Assembly: GCA_002633005.1 (NCBI GenBank)
Contig: NMRA01000130.1
Coordinates: 742,082 to 806,081, forward strand
Source: Phoronis australis
Lineage: Eukaryota > Animalia > Phoronida
Reading direction: 5' to 3'
Length of the DNA stretch: 64,000 bases
Shown here: one piece after another, positions 1-13,187 of the stretch
Layout: every line of letters begins with the position of its first letter
Position numbering within the stretch: the stretch's first letter is position 1
Notes under the pieces: generated by a model
What the model saw: the letters and a program-made list of their open reading frames with translations, nothing else
The model's database searches: none
Told to the model about the DNA's origin: nothing
Program-made: the position numbers and the translations under genes

Positions 1-600
1 TGAGTTTATCCTCAACACTAACTTTATGTCAAGTTACTGTCTTTGTAACTTGGAATTGGTAAGTACGGTACAATCATGGCCTATACTTGGGAAAGTAGGT
101 CACCCAGCGAAATCTTTGGCTTATATGTTTGCACTCTTGTATATGACAATTGAATATGCGAATGTTAGGCCAGTGAGGGGAGGTAGTGGGTCGGTAAAGT
201 TGAAGAATTTGGACTCGTATGTCTATGTAGGCTAACTGACGCAAAGAAATTGAACTAAAACATGACATTACAAACAGGAAATTCGTATAGACACGTGACA
301 ATCAACAAACAACCTTTGATATCTGAGAGCTGACCAGACTCACAGCATGTAATGACACATACCAATATTGAAGCCTTGCACAATGGAATTGGTGGACCTT
401 TCTGAAATGGAAAAAGGGTGGTGTAAGGCAAAATAGGCCCATGTGCTCACATATTTAACCAGTGAAATACCATTTTTGTATTAATTTAATTTTAGAAAAT
501 GTATAATTTCCCAATATCTCGTTTTTAAGGTTACTTCCATCCTGCGATTGGGTAATGTTATGCTCTCTTAGTGTCAAATTACTGCAATGTTTTTTTTCAG

Positions 601-736
601 TCGCTTACGGCTAAAACCGCAGTCTGTACCCACTTTACATAAGCCCTATCCCCAGCGCTACACAGAATGGCTGAACAATGAAAATGAGAATACTCAGGGA
701 AAAAGTGCCATCAGCAACTTGGAGAGAAGTGACGAG
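601..736 (+). CDS. Internal exon encoding the C-terminal end of a THAP domain (RLRLKPQSVPTL) plus linker
   Basis: Acceptor ttttttcag at 600 and donor GAG|gtaaat at 736. The frame is open and the motif matches the THAP 'RLKxxAVPTI' box. Phase 2 in, phase 0 out. Confidence 0.65.
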
Positions 737-839
737 GTAAATGGCCATCAGCTGATACTCCCTTTGGGAATTAGCGGTGGGTGGAAAAGTGTATCAGGTG
801 AAGTGGCACTATTTTCAATCACTAACCATGATGAGTGCC

Positions 840-1270
840 TAGAGTCCCGTCCACACTTACCCTAATACATTTTGCTTTAGTACAACTTGCCCTATGTTAA
901 GGGGAGTGTCCACACACACACACATATCCGATAACTAGGATAAGGCTGAAGTTGTTTCTCTGTACATGACAATGGACAGCTGATGCAAATACGGCGTGCA
1001 AATAAAGATTTGGCAGTATGTAACCGCAACAAATAATTACTTCCGCCTTGCTCCAGGTTTGCGGCTACACAGGAATTAGAAGTGATGCAAGTTACCCTAG
1101 ATTGGCCTAGAATAAGTAAACCTTCCTCGATTAGGTACAGTAAGTTGTCACAAGTAGGGCAAGTTGCACTACCGGTAGTTTAAATAAAGTCCACACAGCA
1201 CTCAAACCTAGCGACAACTTGTTCCAGGAGTAACTTGTTCTAGGGCAAGTCTGTGTGTGGCAGCACTTAG
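840..1270. mobile_element. Degenerate palindromic MITE (Harbinger-like ..TCCACAC termini)
   Basis: GTCCACAC-type motifs at left, reverse-complement-like GTGTGTGGCAGCAC at right, and internal inverted AACTTGCCCTA/TAGGGCAAGTT motifs. Confidence 0.4.
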
Positions 1271-2310
1271 TCACAAAGCAATTTTAGCTGGCAGGCACGA
1301 GTTCTTTTGTTTGTTTGTGTACTACTTTCTCTTTGAGTGTCCAGAAAATTGAAGGATATGTCAGGCCTTTTTTCAAAAATGGGCATTTTTATAATGTTCC
1401 ACATACGTTCTTGGGGAATATCTTATCTTCATCCTCAGTTAACTTCGAATACAAAGTATATGATATGCAGTGAGAAAAAAAGATTTTGCAGAACCGCATC
1501 CAACTGTGTGGAGATTTGTTTACTACATAGCAAGGTTCAAGGATTACAGAAATGTACTCGAAGCAATACAGATTGTGAGCTATATAGTGTTCTTAATTTT
1601 GACAAAATGTGTGGACTGATTTAACTTTCAGAAATATTTCTCACTGTTAGTAGCAATTATAAAAATCTCAAAACTGATATTAGGATTTCTTGAGTTTCTC
1701 AATAGTTCGTTTATTGAAACCATATCCAGTGGATGAAAAGACACGCTTTCTTACTCTAAGTTCTGTATGTGTAGCGTTAAGTAGAAATGAAGAAATTCTT
1801 GAATGATTTAGAATAAAATGGAATTTATTATCTTTCGCAAAACTTGTATCCGTGCGTGTATTACATCAGGTAAAGCCTAAAACAGTGCACTTTAAGCATT
1901 TTTTCTTATATTTTCTGATTTCTATTATGAGAATGTCATATGTTAGCTTAAACAAAAAGGTCAAGTAGCTTGCTGCGGCCACCCCTTTGAATAGTGCTGT
2001 GCAGTTGAAAATTTAGTTCGAATGAAAGCTACTTGTACAACCTCTTCTCAGATTTTTTTCTTATCTCTCATGGAATGTTTAGAGCATGTTGATTAAGTTT
2101 AAGAAGTGATAATGCCACTTTTGTTGTAATAGGTGGACATTTTTATGTCTTGCAAGATCTTCATGAGACTGGACGTGTTCGGGTTAGAGTATGGTCTGAT
2201 TATATGCAAATTTAATTGAGGTTACAACTGTTGTGAGCTATGCTTTGCTAACTGTATCAGACTAGCTTAGTTGTAAATAACTTGATGTGCTCCTTTTGCA
2301 TTCTGTTAAG

Positions 2311-2554
2311 CCTTCAACCAGCCTTCTGCCGTCCGCTTCATTTCATCAAGCCAGTCCCACACCGTCAACATCACAGTACTCAGTCAGCCTCACGTCAATT
2401 TCGCAATATTCAGCCAGGTCCAGCACATCAACCTCAAAGCGTCTAACCAGCCCTACCCTGTCAACATGTCAACTAAACTCGGAAAGAACATTAAGACTCC
2501 CATCAGTAGCTCTGTGTCATCAAGTTGATGCCTCTGTACAGACTACACTAACCA
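2311..2554 (+). CDS. Internal exon, Ser/Thr-rich linker ending VDASVQT (same THAP gene)
   Basis: Acceptor ttctgttaag and donor ACCA|gtaagt. Phase 0 in matches the previous exon; phase 1 out. Confidence 0.6.
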
Positions 2555-3411
2555 GTAAGTTTCTAGTCCTGTTCGTGGCTCAGGTTTGACAACTGTATAC
2601 AAGTTTGTGTGTGTCAGCTTAAATTTTTCTGATTTCCACTAGCATTTTACTTTAGTTAGAGTAAAGCTCAGACTAAATCTTTATAATTTGATTAGCAAAG
2701 GGTAAAAAAGTCTTGGAGCAAGGATACTGCAAGTATGTACACATGCCCTGCCACCTATGAATGGAATTTCACATTTTGGGCTTTAAGGGTAACTAGTCCG
2801 CATACTGACTTGGAATTTTGGTGATAGTTGAAAATTTGCCTTTTGAAATTGACATGCAAGGTCAGTGAAATCAGGATCCTGTTCTTAGGTCATTAAAGTG
2901 TCCCAGTTTGACTGTTGAATTAAACACAGCTTAGCAAGGGGTTTATGGTCCTGACTGAGAAGATAATTGTTTTGTTACCCCGTGTGGATTCTGAAGAGCA
3001 CAGCCTGGAATGATAACTAACTTGCTCTAAGCTGACGGGTTGAATAACTATGAAGTAACAATTTGCATGTGTTATTTGTAATTGGTAATTGCAGTTCGTC
3101 TCCTGAATTTATTTTCCCCAATAAGCAAATGACATAGCCATATTAGAATAAAAACACTAATTCTCACAAAAATAGTTGCGTCATTTTTCCACTCTCCAAA
3201 AGCTGATTGCTTCACTATAAATGATAAAAAATTCACTAGAAATTGTTCTATGCCATCTTCACTTAAATGGTACAAACCATGCTATGAATGGACTAAAATT
3301 TTCCTCACGTTTATTTCTGTGGAGAAAGTTGACAAAATAGAATTTCATGTCGTCCTCATCGTGTGAGGAATTACCGTATTCTTTTAATTTCCTCATTACT
3401 TAATCTTACAG

Positions 3412-3601
3412 TGGCCGTCATGGAGGAATTAGAGAAATTGGTGGACCTACCTGGACCCGAGCATGAGGAACACATGGAATGCGAAGGGAACGCTGAAGGT
3501 GATGTAAGTGACGGTGGTCATGAGGATGAAGAAGCTGAACAAGTCGATACGTCTTACTGTCGAAGTAGCGTATATGAGTCGAACCCCGAGAAACTACAAC
3601 A
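3412..3601 (+). CDS. Internal exon, acidic linker (EELEKLVDLPGPEHEEHMECEG...) of the same THAP gene
   Basis: Acceptor aatcttacag and donor CAACA|gtaagt. Phase 1 in matches the previous exon; phase 2 out. Confidence 0.6.
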
Positions 3602-3631
3602 GTAAGTTACAGCGAACCTGATAGAGAAATA

Positions 3632-3768
3632 CAGGGCTTCAAGTGTTCCTACTTTTTCCTACTTTTATGGCTTGTTCCTACTTTTTCTACTTTTTTCTGA
3701 AATTCCTAATATTTCCTACTTTTTAAAAATGTGTCCTACTTTTTTTCCTAAAACTGCTTGAAAGCCTG
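3632..3768. mobile_element. hAT-like MITE with internal TCCTACTTTT repeats
   Basis: Terminal inverted repeats CAGGGCTTCAAG / CTTGAAAGCCTG and several tcctactttt subterminal repeats. No clean TSD. Confidence 0.55.
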
Positions 3769-4809
3769 TGGATATTTTATTTCAGTACTGACATTTGTGA
3801 TGGAATTCAGGATCCCTTATTGCCTTATTTCCCCGTTGCACCAATAAAATACGAGTCCTGATGTCGGTAGAGTGTGTTGGCTGAAAATGTCCGAATTCCA
3901 TCAATGTCAAAAGGCCTCTTTGGTCTGTGAGGGCACTCCCTGAGAAAAGTGTAGCCGACGACAATGAAATGTTCTCCACTGGCAGACTTTTGATGTGGGA
4001 TGACTCTTCCGTGTGTATCTTCTATCCCATACATTTGGGATTTGAACATACCTGAACAATTTCAAGACAAGTCCCCAAAAATTTGGAGATCTTAGAGTCT
4101 GCTGGACTACATGTTTTACGTGTTGACAAAATATCCATCGGAGCACTTTCAAGCTCAGCATATTATCTGTTGGCACTTTTACACGATAAAGTTCGCTCGC
4201 TTCTCTGTTAGCTCGCTTCTTAGCTGGTATTCAGAAAGTACAATTTAATTTGCAAATTAAGACATACGTCATAAAGCAAATACTGTAAGCCTATTTGTCA
4301 GGTCAGTGTCAGTGCTGTACATTGGTCATTGCGGTGTGACATTACCTGAGGTTTTTGCTTTCTCACTTCCAACCGTACAAGTCTGAGGTACCAGTGGCGA
4401 ACCGGAATATTGTAAACCATATATATAAGATCGGTATAGGCATCTACAGTAATGTAGACAGTGAGAACTAGAAAAGCTTAAGCAACCACACGGGTGAAAC
4501 GCTGAACTATCTTCAATTTTTAAGTTAATTTTATGAAATATTCACATGGAAGAAATTATCCACCAGGATAGTATACTTTGGACTTGTCAAAGTGCTAGCA
4601 GTCGCTCGCTAGCGCCATAGGTTTGATTAATGTGCTGGAACTGGCATCTTGACTAGCTACGATTGAGACCCCACAACTCAACGTTTCCGAAAGTGCAACT
4701 CTAGCAGTCGTTGTGATTTCTTGACAGGTATTAATTTAAGTGTATTGTATTTAAGAATTTCCTGTACTATCTGATATATATTTCTGCTTCAAATGCGCTA
4801 ACTTTCAGA

Positions 4810-6400
4810 GGTGAAAACTTCCCAGTCGCCTGCTTCCATTCTTATTGTTAATTTCCGTTGCACAAAAGGACAGAGGCCCACAGTACAAATAGCATTCAAG
4901 CTCATCAGACTTGATCATCCAATGGACGTCTGCTTCCTATGCTACTTCAACTCATGTTCAAAAAGAGCAAAATTTTGCATGTGTTTCAATAAACAAGATG
5001 GCACTTATGCAATTCGGTCTGTTTGCCTCTGGGACTTGAACGGAATTTATTGTAACAACTAAAGTAAAATACTGGTTTATTCAACGAAGATTGTAAGAGT
5101 GTCAATCATGTGAATCTTGACAATCCGTGGTACACTGATCTTATATATGCTTGTCATGGAGTTCTGTAGTGCTGCTATTCCACTGCTTACAAACTTATGT
5201 GATGGCTTGCAGTGCCATGAAACAGCACCACCTATTGGCCAATTTCTGTTTTCACTGTTTTTTCAATCAACTGGTTTTTCCACAAGGCTGCATGTATGTT
5301 ACAACATTGCCATAACCGTTTTCACTTCATTTGTAAATTTTTAAGTATTTTATTACCTGCAAACTGAATTGCTGAGCTAATTTTGTTTGGTGACGTTTTC
5401 ATCATTATTTGAAAGATGTCCAAAAAATTTTGCAGTTGACGCATGTGACTGTCAGGAGCGTACTGTTTCCAAGATGATGACAGACTCACTTTTCTTTGTT
5501 ACAAAAGCCAGCGAATAATGAAAGAAAAAGACGTTTATTAGATTGTTTTTCACTTAAATGACTGTGACATCTTTTGTGAGATGATGAGAACTTCACCGAA
5601 ATAAAATTTGCTCAGAAATTCAGTTTGTTGGTAAAATGATACTAAAAACTTATACAGAAGTGAAGCCAATTCCAATTATTTGTTGTTAACCTTTTGGAAG
5701 GAGAATTAATGAATCGAGAATTAATGAATCGACGAAAAAAGAAATTGTGTCTGATTTAAGATTTCATGCTATTTTTACAAAATGGTCTATTATAGAATGG
5801 GGATTGGTCAGAAAAGAAAACCACCTGGCATTGTGTCTACTGGATTGGAAGTATCTGGAAAGAGAAGAAAATGTATTGTGCGCCTGCCTAGTTGTATAAT
5901 CTCTGAACCACTGTCATCACTTTCTGACGAGACAGGAAACAATAGTGGAGTTGGTAAGTAGAATGAACACATGGGGACTTCAGTCTTAAAAATGAGTGCA
6001 GTTGGTCCGATGTCTTTTGGGGTGCTTCAGACGTGCATGGGCCACATGGTTGGACCCTCACAATCTTGTGCTAAGCCCAATAGGTGGAGTATGGGAATAT
6101 ATGGTTAGTTGCAAAGAATTGTTTGCTTTGCATATGAATAATGCATTTTTAGACAAGTACCAATAGCACTAGGACACATGAATGCTGTGAACTCTTTGAA
6201 AAAAGGGTCTGTTAAAAACGCCTTTAAAGACATACTCAATCATAGGACACCTCGTTTATAATTTAATGAACACTGATGAAAAATCAAAATACTCGCATAG
6301 AAGCGTGCACATTCTGTCAAAAAACAAATCTGTCAAAAAACAAAACCATACTAATTCAATTTTGATTGAGGCCATTTGCTGTTATAAAATCAGTATAATT
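4810..6400 (+). pseudogene. Heavily decayed Kolobok-like DDE transposase region following the THAP exons
   Basis: Frameshifted fragments EFIV...ECQSC, TIRGTLI...LSWSS, NF/FSLFFQSTG and KYSHRSVH resemble, in order, motifs of THAP-DDE Kolobok transposases. Many stops. Confidence 0.35.
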
Positions 6401-6524
6401 GTGCTTTTCCTTTCTCAGTTTAGAAATGACTTCTAGGTCTGACACAAACTGACTGTTTTGTTATTTGTTTAAAGCCTTATCTTGAATGGTAACACCTGTA
6501 AATTTGGTTCCTACAGTATGTTAA

Positions 6525-6797
6525 AGGCGAAGGCAACCTTTTTCCATGTCATTTTGAGCTAAAATAAGGTTGGTTGGTTATCCTAGACATATTCTTCACT
6601 TAATTACAGCTTTTCGTAATTTTATTAATTATTCGTCCGCTTTTCCGGAAGTGACGTTTTAGGAGGCAAGCGCTTCCCGCCAATTTCTTTTCACATAGTC
6701 TGACTGTGAGAGCTGCCGAGTCAGTCATTGTTCTACCTCGGTTGTGTTAAGTTCCGTCGTCGTTCGCTTTCATTTACTAGTCAGTCAACATGCCACA
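6525..6797. mobile_element. Possible Kolobok-type element terminus running into the gap
   Basis: TTAA|AGGCGAAGGCAACC start. The partner end was not found. Confidence 0.3.
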
Positions 6798-7603
6798 NNN
6801 NNNNNNNNNNNNNNNNNNNNNNNNNNNNNNNNNNNNNNNNNNNNNNNNNNNNNNNNNNNNNNNNNNNNNNNNNNNNNNNNNNNNNNNNNNNNNNNNNNNN
6901 NNNNNNNNNNNNNNNNNNNNNNNNNNNNNNNNNNNNNNNNNNNNNNNNNNNNNNNNNNNNNNNNNNNNNNNNNNNNNNNNNNNNNNNNNNNNNNNNNNNN
7001 NNNNNNNNNNNNNNNNNNNNNNNNNNNNNNNNNNNNNNNNNNNNNNNNNNNNNNNNNNNNNNNNNNNNNNNNNNNNNNNNNNNNNNNNNNNNNNNNNNNN
7101 NNNNNNNNNNNNNNNNNNNNNNNNNNNNNNNNNNNNNNNNNNNNNNNNNNNNNNNNNNNNNNNNNNNNNNNNNNNNNNNNNNNNNNNNNNNNNNNNNNNN
7201 NNNNNNNNNNNNNNNNNNNNNNNNNNNNNNNNNNNNNNNNNNNNNNNNNNNNNNNNNNNNNNNNNNNNNNNNNNNNNNNNNNNNNNNNNNNNNNNNNNNN
7301 NNNNNNNNNNNNNNNNNNNNNNNNNNNNNNNNNNNNNNNNNNNNNNNNNNNNNNNNNNNNNNNNNNNNNNNNNNNNNNNNNNNNNNNNNNNNNNNNNNNN
7401 NNNNNNNNNNNNNNNNNNNNNNNNNNNNNNNNNNNNNNNNNNNNNNNNNNNNNNNNNNNNNNNNNNNNNNNNNNNNNNNNNNNNNNNNNNNNNNNNNNNN
7501 NNNNNNNNNNNNNNNNNNNNNNNNNNNNNNNNNNNNNNNNNNNNNNNNNNNNNNNNNNNNNNNNNNNNNNNNNNNNNNNNNNNNNNNNNNNNNNNNNNNN
7601 NNN
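6798..7603. other. Assembly gap (N run)
   Basis: Run of N. Confidence 0.99.
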
Positions 7604-9102
7604 TTAAGAGCATCGCTCTGAGCCCGCTAGTGCCATAAATTGCCAAATGTAACGAACTGTTAGACTTATTGGCTTCCTTTTGTTTACATCACCACGAGAA
7701 TCACCTTTTAATTCAAACAGATGCGAATAATGCTTGCACGTAATGGTGTTCAGTTCGGACTGCTATTCAATACAACTGTTATTGGCGTTTTTGTTGTTTG
7801 CGCTGGGATCTCGCGGTGACGCAACATGGCACAAAAAGGCAGCTTCACTTATCATTTGACAGGCTTACATTGGCGTGATTGAACTCGCGTTTTCTTATTT
7901 TACTAAGACTTTGCTAGGGCTATCTGGTTAGCCCAATACATCTAAAGTAACAAAATTCCATTGAACTTAGGCTTTAAAAACAATGCTTATTACTACTACT
8001 CTACACAACATAAAAGCAACATGGCCGACTCAGGAATTCCTAACACATACCCCTGCATCAAGTTTCTGCAAAGTTTGCCCACTGGACTTTTATACAGAGG
8101 ACAGCACTAGCCCATCTCTCTCTATCTGCCAAAGTCCTTCAGGCATTGTATTGTACTGGGGCAGAAGTGTCTCTGCTGAGAAAACATTTGATGTTGTTTC
8201 TCTAACAAATCTACGTGTGCTGTGCCTCTTGTGGCAGGTCCAAATTTGTTGGCATCTCAATATCTTCCAGGTTAATTGATGGACCTTCATCGAATTGTGC
8301 AGATGAGTTACTGTTGCAGCCAATAAAGACAAGTTCGAGTTAACTTGTGTTACTTTCTCTTGTGAGAATGTTTAAAGTATTGAAACAACAATAATTACAC
8401 CTTTTAATACTAAACAAACTTTTGATTTAGACAACTTACTGTTGTGGTATTGGTTTCAAATTTCTTATAGTCAAATTAGCGGCGATCTGAGGTCTTTCAA
8501 AGAACGGACACTTCATTGTTGCTCGAGATCGGGCTCTTCAAGTTGGCATCACGTCATTTATGTGTTGAGCATGGTCTGTAGGAGTAATGATCTGACTGTT
8601 CTTTGTAAACTCATAAATCCTTTCGCATGTGAGTAAGGCAGGTTAAGAACACGTTGGTAATGGTCAAAACTTTGATTCTGGGGTGAAACAGAGGTTTACA
8701 GTAACCGTTTTAATGTTCTTCGGGCTTCGTTAGTGGCAAGGCCCCAGGTGGATGAACAGTGCAATACGAAGGTAATCAGACAAAGCACCATTTTCTGTCA
8801 TCACGGCTAATTCTGTTAACAGCAAAAAGTACTGGTGATGACTGTCAGGGCGGCAAAACTCTAATTGCAGCGTGGCTGAGGCATCTTACTTACTGGCCTG
8901 TTAATTCCCCTTCATCCTAAGTCTTGAGTTACTGGTAAGACTGCTTAGACAATGATTTCGGCTTCTGCCCAGCCATCATGGGGGGGATTCTGGGTAATTT
9001 TGTCTGAATACTTTTGGCATGTACTGTACACTAGCAATGTGTTACTGATGTGATTGTCCAGCGCGATTGCTGTTTCAGTTCTTTCCTGTGTTTCTGCTTC
9101 AG

Positions 9103-9901
9103 GTGTCATTAGTACGAATGAAGACAGCTGTCATGTATCAGCATGTAAACAAATGCGTGTCACTGATTTGAGTAATGGAGCCAGTGACTGTGGTAATGTG
9201 CACGGCGGGAATGGAGAGGCATGTTATATCAAACAGGAGGTGATTCAAGATTTGGCAGATGAATCCGGGGATGTTAGATTTCTTCCAACGGGTGATAAGA
9301 TATTCTTACCTACCAACTTTGCACTTGAATGTGACGAGGATGTAATTGAAGGTAATGCAGTGGGTAGTGGAACTGATGAATCACATGTGAGTGAGAAACC
9401 AGGCAAGAGTACTGTGTGTGAAAAGCCTTTGAATACAACAATAAAATGATAATATAGTTTCATACACAAGAGCACAGAGTGATTAGAGATCATACATATG
9501 TGCTGTGTCTTGTTATCACACAAGAACGCACACTGGAGAGGGACTGTACAAGCGTGCTGCCTGTGGATAACCCTCTAGACAGAATAGTCATCTTCTGAGA
9601 CACCTTAAAAGATAATTGCGCGTGTGGGAAGTCATTTCCACAAAGTTGGAATCTCGATATGCACTCAAGAACACTCTTGTGAGAGTCCATACAAAAGTAC
9701 TGTGGGGAGGGTTATTTTCACCGAATAGTAACCATGCGCCCCTCGTGGAATGCCACTCTTGTTACGCATACGAAAGACACAGTGGCGAGAAACCTTACAA
9801 GTCATTTTAAGATAAAAATGTTCTTGCTAGGTACAGAAGAACACATACTGGCAAGATACCAAACAAGTGTTTAACTCGTGGAAAATCTTTGAATAAATAA
9901 A
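9103..9901 (+). pseudogene. Decayed C2H2 zinc-finger terminal exon
   Basis: Acceptor tttctgcttcag, then an acidic IKQE linker. Broken fingers follow: RTHTGEGLYKRAACG*PSRQNSHLLRH, ACGKSFPQSWNLDMHSRT, RHSGEKPYK, RRTHTGKIPNKCLTRGKSL, with stops and frameshifts. AATAAA near 9892. Confidence 0.75.
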
Positions 9902-11126
9902 ACAGGAATTGTTTTTAAAGTGCTCCACTTTTGCACGAGGGGCTGTCATAAAATAAGACTTTAATGAAACAAAAGTTGCATAAAAAGAAAAGAAAACAAT
10001 GATTTAGAAAAATATAAGAGCGTTTTTAAGACTTCATCTTGAACATTTATATCAAATGAAATTCAATCATGTTATTGGTTATTGGTCATTTTGCTATGAA
10101 TGTACCTTTCTTTTTAGCTACATTTTACCAAAAAGACATGCGACCCAATTAATGGCAGATTATTAAAGGCCAAAATCAAATTCTGCCAGCTTTACAATTC
10201 TAGAAAATATAAACTTTTACCGATTTAACATCTATAGTTTTGTAGATATTTGGTCAAGTACACAGAGTTGTGAATAAGGTCCTATTTAACCTTAAATGGG
10301 TTGTAAACCTTTTCTAACAAAAACAAACTTTAGATATAGGTCACTTGCTGTGATGAAATTTTGTTCCTAAAAAGGATACTAAACCCCGTTTTGGTGATTT
10401 CAATCGAGGCCTTGTTCTGCCACCTGCTAATGCATCACTAGCGTCCAACATGAGTGATAAAAGCATAATTCAAGTAAAAATTCTTCCTACTCTGAGTCTC
10501 AAATTGGATATTATGGTTCTTCTTGGTGGATGGTCTTCCCTACAGTTGTGTAACTCACCTAAAACATAGGTACCACTTGCTCATTTAGCAGGCTTTGTCA
10601 GGAATTTACAAATTTTGCTCCACTCTTGTGAGGGTTTTCAATGGTTGCAAAGTATTGTTTCAGAGAGCTGGAAGGGAAAGTTGTTTTCAATAACTTTCAA
10701 TAGGCCGAAACAGGGTTTGATATCCTTTGCACAGACAAGCAATGATTTCCAGGCTTGAGAATGAATGGCGATTGAATATAGCTTCTGACCAGGCCCATTA
10801 CTTTTTTGGCATGGCGGTTTTAGTTTCAGTAACACAGGCAGTATGTTGGGCAGCACAATTCCAAGGAGTTGTTGTGACCAATTTCAATTCACACATGGGA
10901 TAAGAATGCGATAGCATTGCTTTAGAAAAGCAAAAACGCCTGTAAAGAAAGTTGATGTTGTTAACACCGGAACATATGGTTATAGTGGCTCTGTTATACA
11001 GAATTTGTTAAATGCACGACACTTTTCATTGTTCACGGTCTTTATTCCGTTGCGTTCATACTTTCTGAACAAAACTCTACTCTCAACTGAACATAGATAC
11101 AGTAACTGACCTAGCGACATAATACA

Positions 11127-11164
11127 CACGATATTTCGAAACATACTTGTTTCATTCTCAAGTG
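11127..11164 (-). ncRNA. Minimal type I hammerhead-like motif, U3-A8 variant
   Basis: Minus strand reads CAC-TTGAGAA-T-GAAAC-aagtat-GTTTC-GAAA-TATC-GTG: 3-bp stem I, 5-bp stem II, palindromic ATAT stem III. Confidence 0.55.
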
Positions 11165-11329
11165 AAGATACAATGACGCAGTAATGCCACCACAGAGTAT
11201 AAGTTGACGACACACACAGTGACTTTATATAGCTTTATTAAAACCACTGCAAAGTTAAACCCGTAAGAAGTGGTCAACTCTCTCTCAAATACTTTAAGGC
11301 TGAAAATTTCAGCTTGTGTTGAAGTCATT

Positions 11330-11720
11330 GAAAATCAGTTACATGTTGAGTGTCCAAGAAAAATGTAAAATTGTTCTCAAATAAGTGTCAAGAATTTACC
11401 TTAAGATGTAGTCACTGTGCAGCGACTTGCATCGGCGAGACTACTCCTCACTTTTTCACAGGGACTAAGGAACACCAACTGACAGACAACAACTTCAGTG
11501 TGAACCAACAGTTGCTAGTTCTCTATTATCTCCTCCTGAATGCTCTCCTTGCCCTCTAGTCATTGGCATTGCTGTATTGTTTCATATGCTCTTTGCTGTT
11601 CTTGTTTTTTTGTTTGTACCATGTGGAGCTATGCTGCTCTTGTGCTATTTGTCATCAATGCTTGAGAATGGTGTTACAATGGTAAACAGAATACATGTTG
11701 CATCCAAAGACATTTGTTTT
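11330..11720 (+). mobile_element. Penelope-like element 3' fragment (GIY-YIG remnant plus degenerate hammerhead)
   Basis: FTLRCSHCAATCIGETTPHFFTGTKEH resembles the PLE GIY-YIG pattern 'YKFxCxxCxxxYIGETxRxxxxRxxEH'. Downstream is ATGC-TTGAGAA-TGGTGTT...GAATACATGTT-GCAT (11658-11703). Confidence 0.65.
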
Positions 11721-12336
11721 TGTTCAAGTACTATAACATCAGTAAATAATCTTATCCCTGTAATGCCACAAGTGCAGACTTGTTTTTAGATGTCAATCAA
11801 TAGCAACGTGGGCACAGACCACTTTGCTGAAATATTCAATTGGTTATACCATTGCAGATCATGGGAGCTCGTTGAACACACAATGGCACATAGCATTGCT
11901 TGAACACGGCGGTTGTGAAGGTTTCATTACATTGTTTTAAAGTACTTGTACCATACTTTCAACACTGTTTTGGGGAAGGTAGTAACAAAGGTGTGAGTTT
12001 GATCACAGCTATCCACCCGAACGACACAAAGAAACTTTAGGGGGTGCCGAATGTCCCTTTTCAAATATGGAAATTGAGAGTAAGAGGTGATAATAGTCCC
12101 TTACAACTTGCCGCGCAACACCCTTGCTATGGGAGCACCGAGTATGCTTACTTGTGAAAAGGGCTTGAAAGGAGGGAAATCGACTATATACCTCATGTAG
12201 AGAACAGACTACTACTTACCGCCCACACGGAGAGTATACTCGATTGTATATCATCCATGTAGAGAGGACTAGAAAAAGGCCCCATTTGCAGACCCGTAGG
12301 AAGAAAAATATTTTTAGGGGGGGGGGGGGGAAAAAC

Positions 12337-13187
12337 NNNNNNNNNNNNNNNNNNNNNNNNNNNNNNNNNNNNNNNNNNNNNNNNNNNNNNNNNNNNNNNN
12401 NNNNNNNNNNNNNNNNNNNNNNNNNNNNNNNNNNNNNNNNNNNNNNNNNNNNNNNNNNNNNNNNNNNNNNNNNNNNNNNNNNNNNNNNNNNNNNNNNNNN
12501 NNNNNNNNNNNNNNNNNNNNNNNNNNNNNNNNNNNNNNNNNNNNNNNNNNNNNNNNNNNNNNNNNNNNNNNNNNNNNNNNNNNNNNNNNNNNNNNNNNNN
12601 NNNNNNNNNNNNNNNNNNNNNNNNNNNNNNNNNNNNNNNNNNNNNNNNNNNNNNNNNNNNNNNNNNNNNNNNNNNNNNNNNNNNNNNNNNNNNNNNNNNN
12701 NNNNNNNNNNNNNNNNNNNNNNNNNNNNNNNNNNNNNNNNNNNNNNNNNNNNNNNNNNNNNNNNNNNNNNNNNNNNNNNNNNNNNNNNNNNNNNNNNNNN
12801 NNNNNNNNNNNNNNNNNNNNNNNNNNNNNNNNNNNNNNNNNNNNNNNNNNNNNNNNNNNNNNNNNNNNNNNNNNNNNNNNNNNNNNNNNNNNNNNNNNNN
12901 NNNNNNNNNNNNNNNNNNNNNNNNNNNNNNNNNNNNNNNNNNNNNNNNNNNNNNNNNNNNNNNNNNNNNNNNNNNNNNNNNNNNNNNNNNNNNNNNNNNN
13001 NNNNNNNNNNNNNNNNNNNNNNNNNNNNNNNNNNNNNNNNNNNNNNNNNNNNNNNNNNNNNNNNNNNNNNNNNNNNNNNNNNNNNNNNNNNNNNNNNNNN
13101 NNNNNNNNNNNNNNNNNNNNNNNNNNNNNNNNNNNNNNNNNNNNNNNNNNNNNNNNNNNNNNNNNNNNNNNNNNNNNNNNNNNNNNN
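12337..13187. other. Assembly gap (N run) flanked by G/C homopolymer MITE-like sequence
   Basis: Run of N with poly-G/poly-C on both sides. Confidence 0.99.

Noticed and set aside
3782-4176. Overlapping minus-strand ORFs
   Set aside because: No motif recognised; cannot be assigned without a database search.
6728-7646. Long ORFs across the first gap (and 12193-13251 across the second)
   Set aside because: Artefacts of N runs translated as X.
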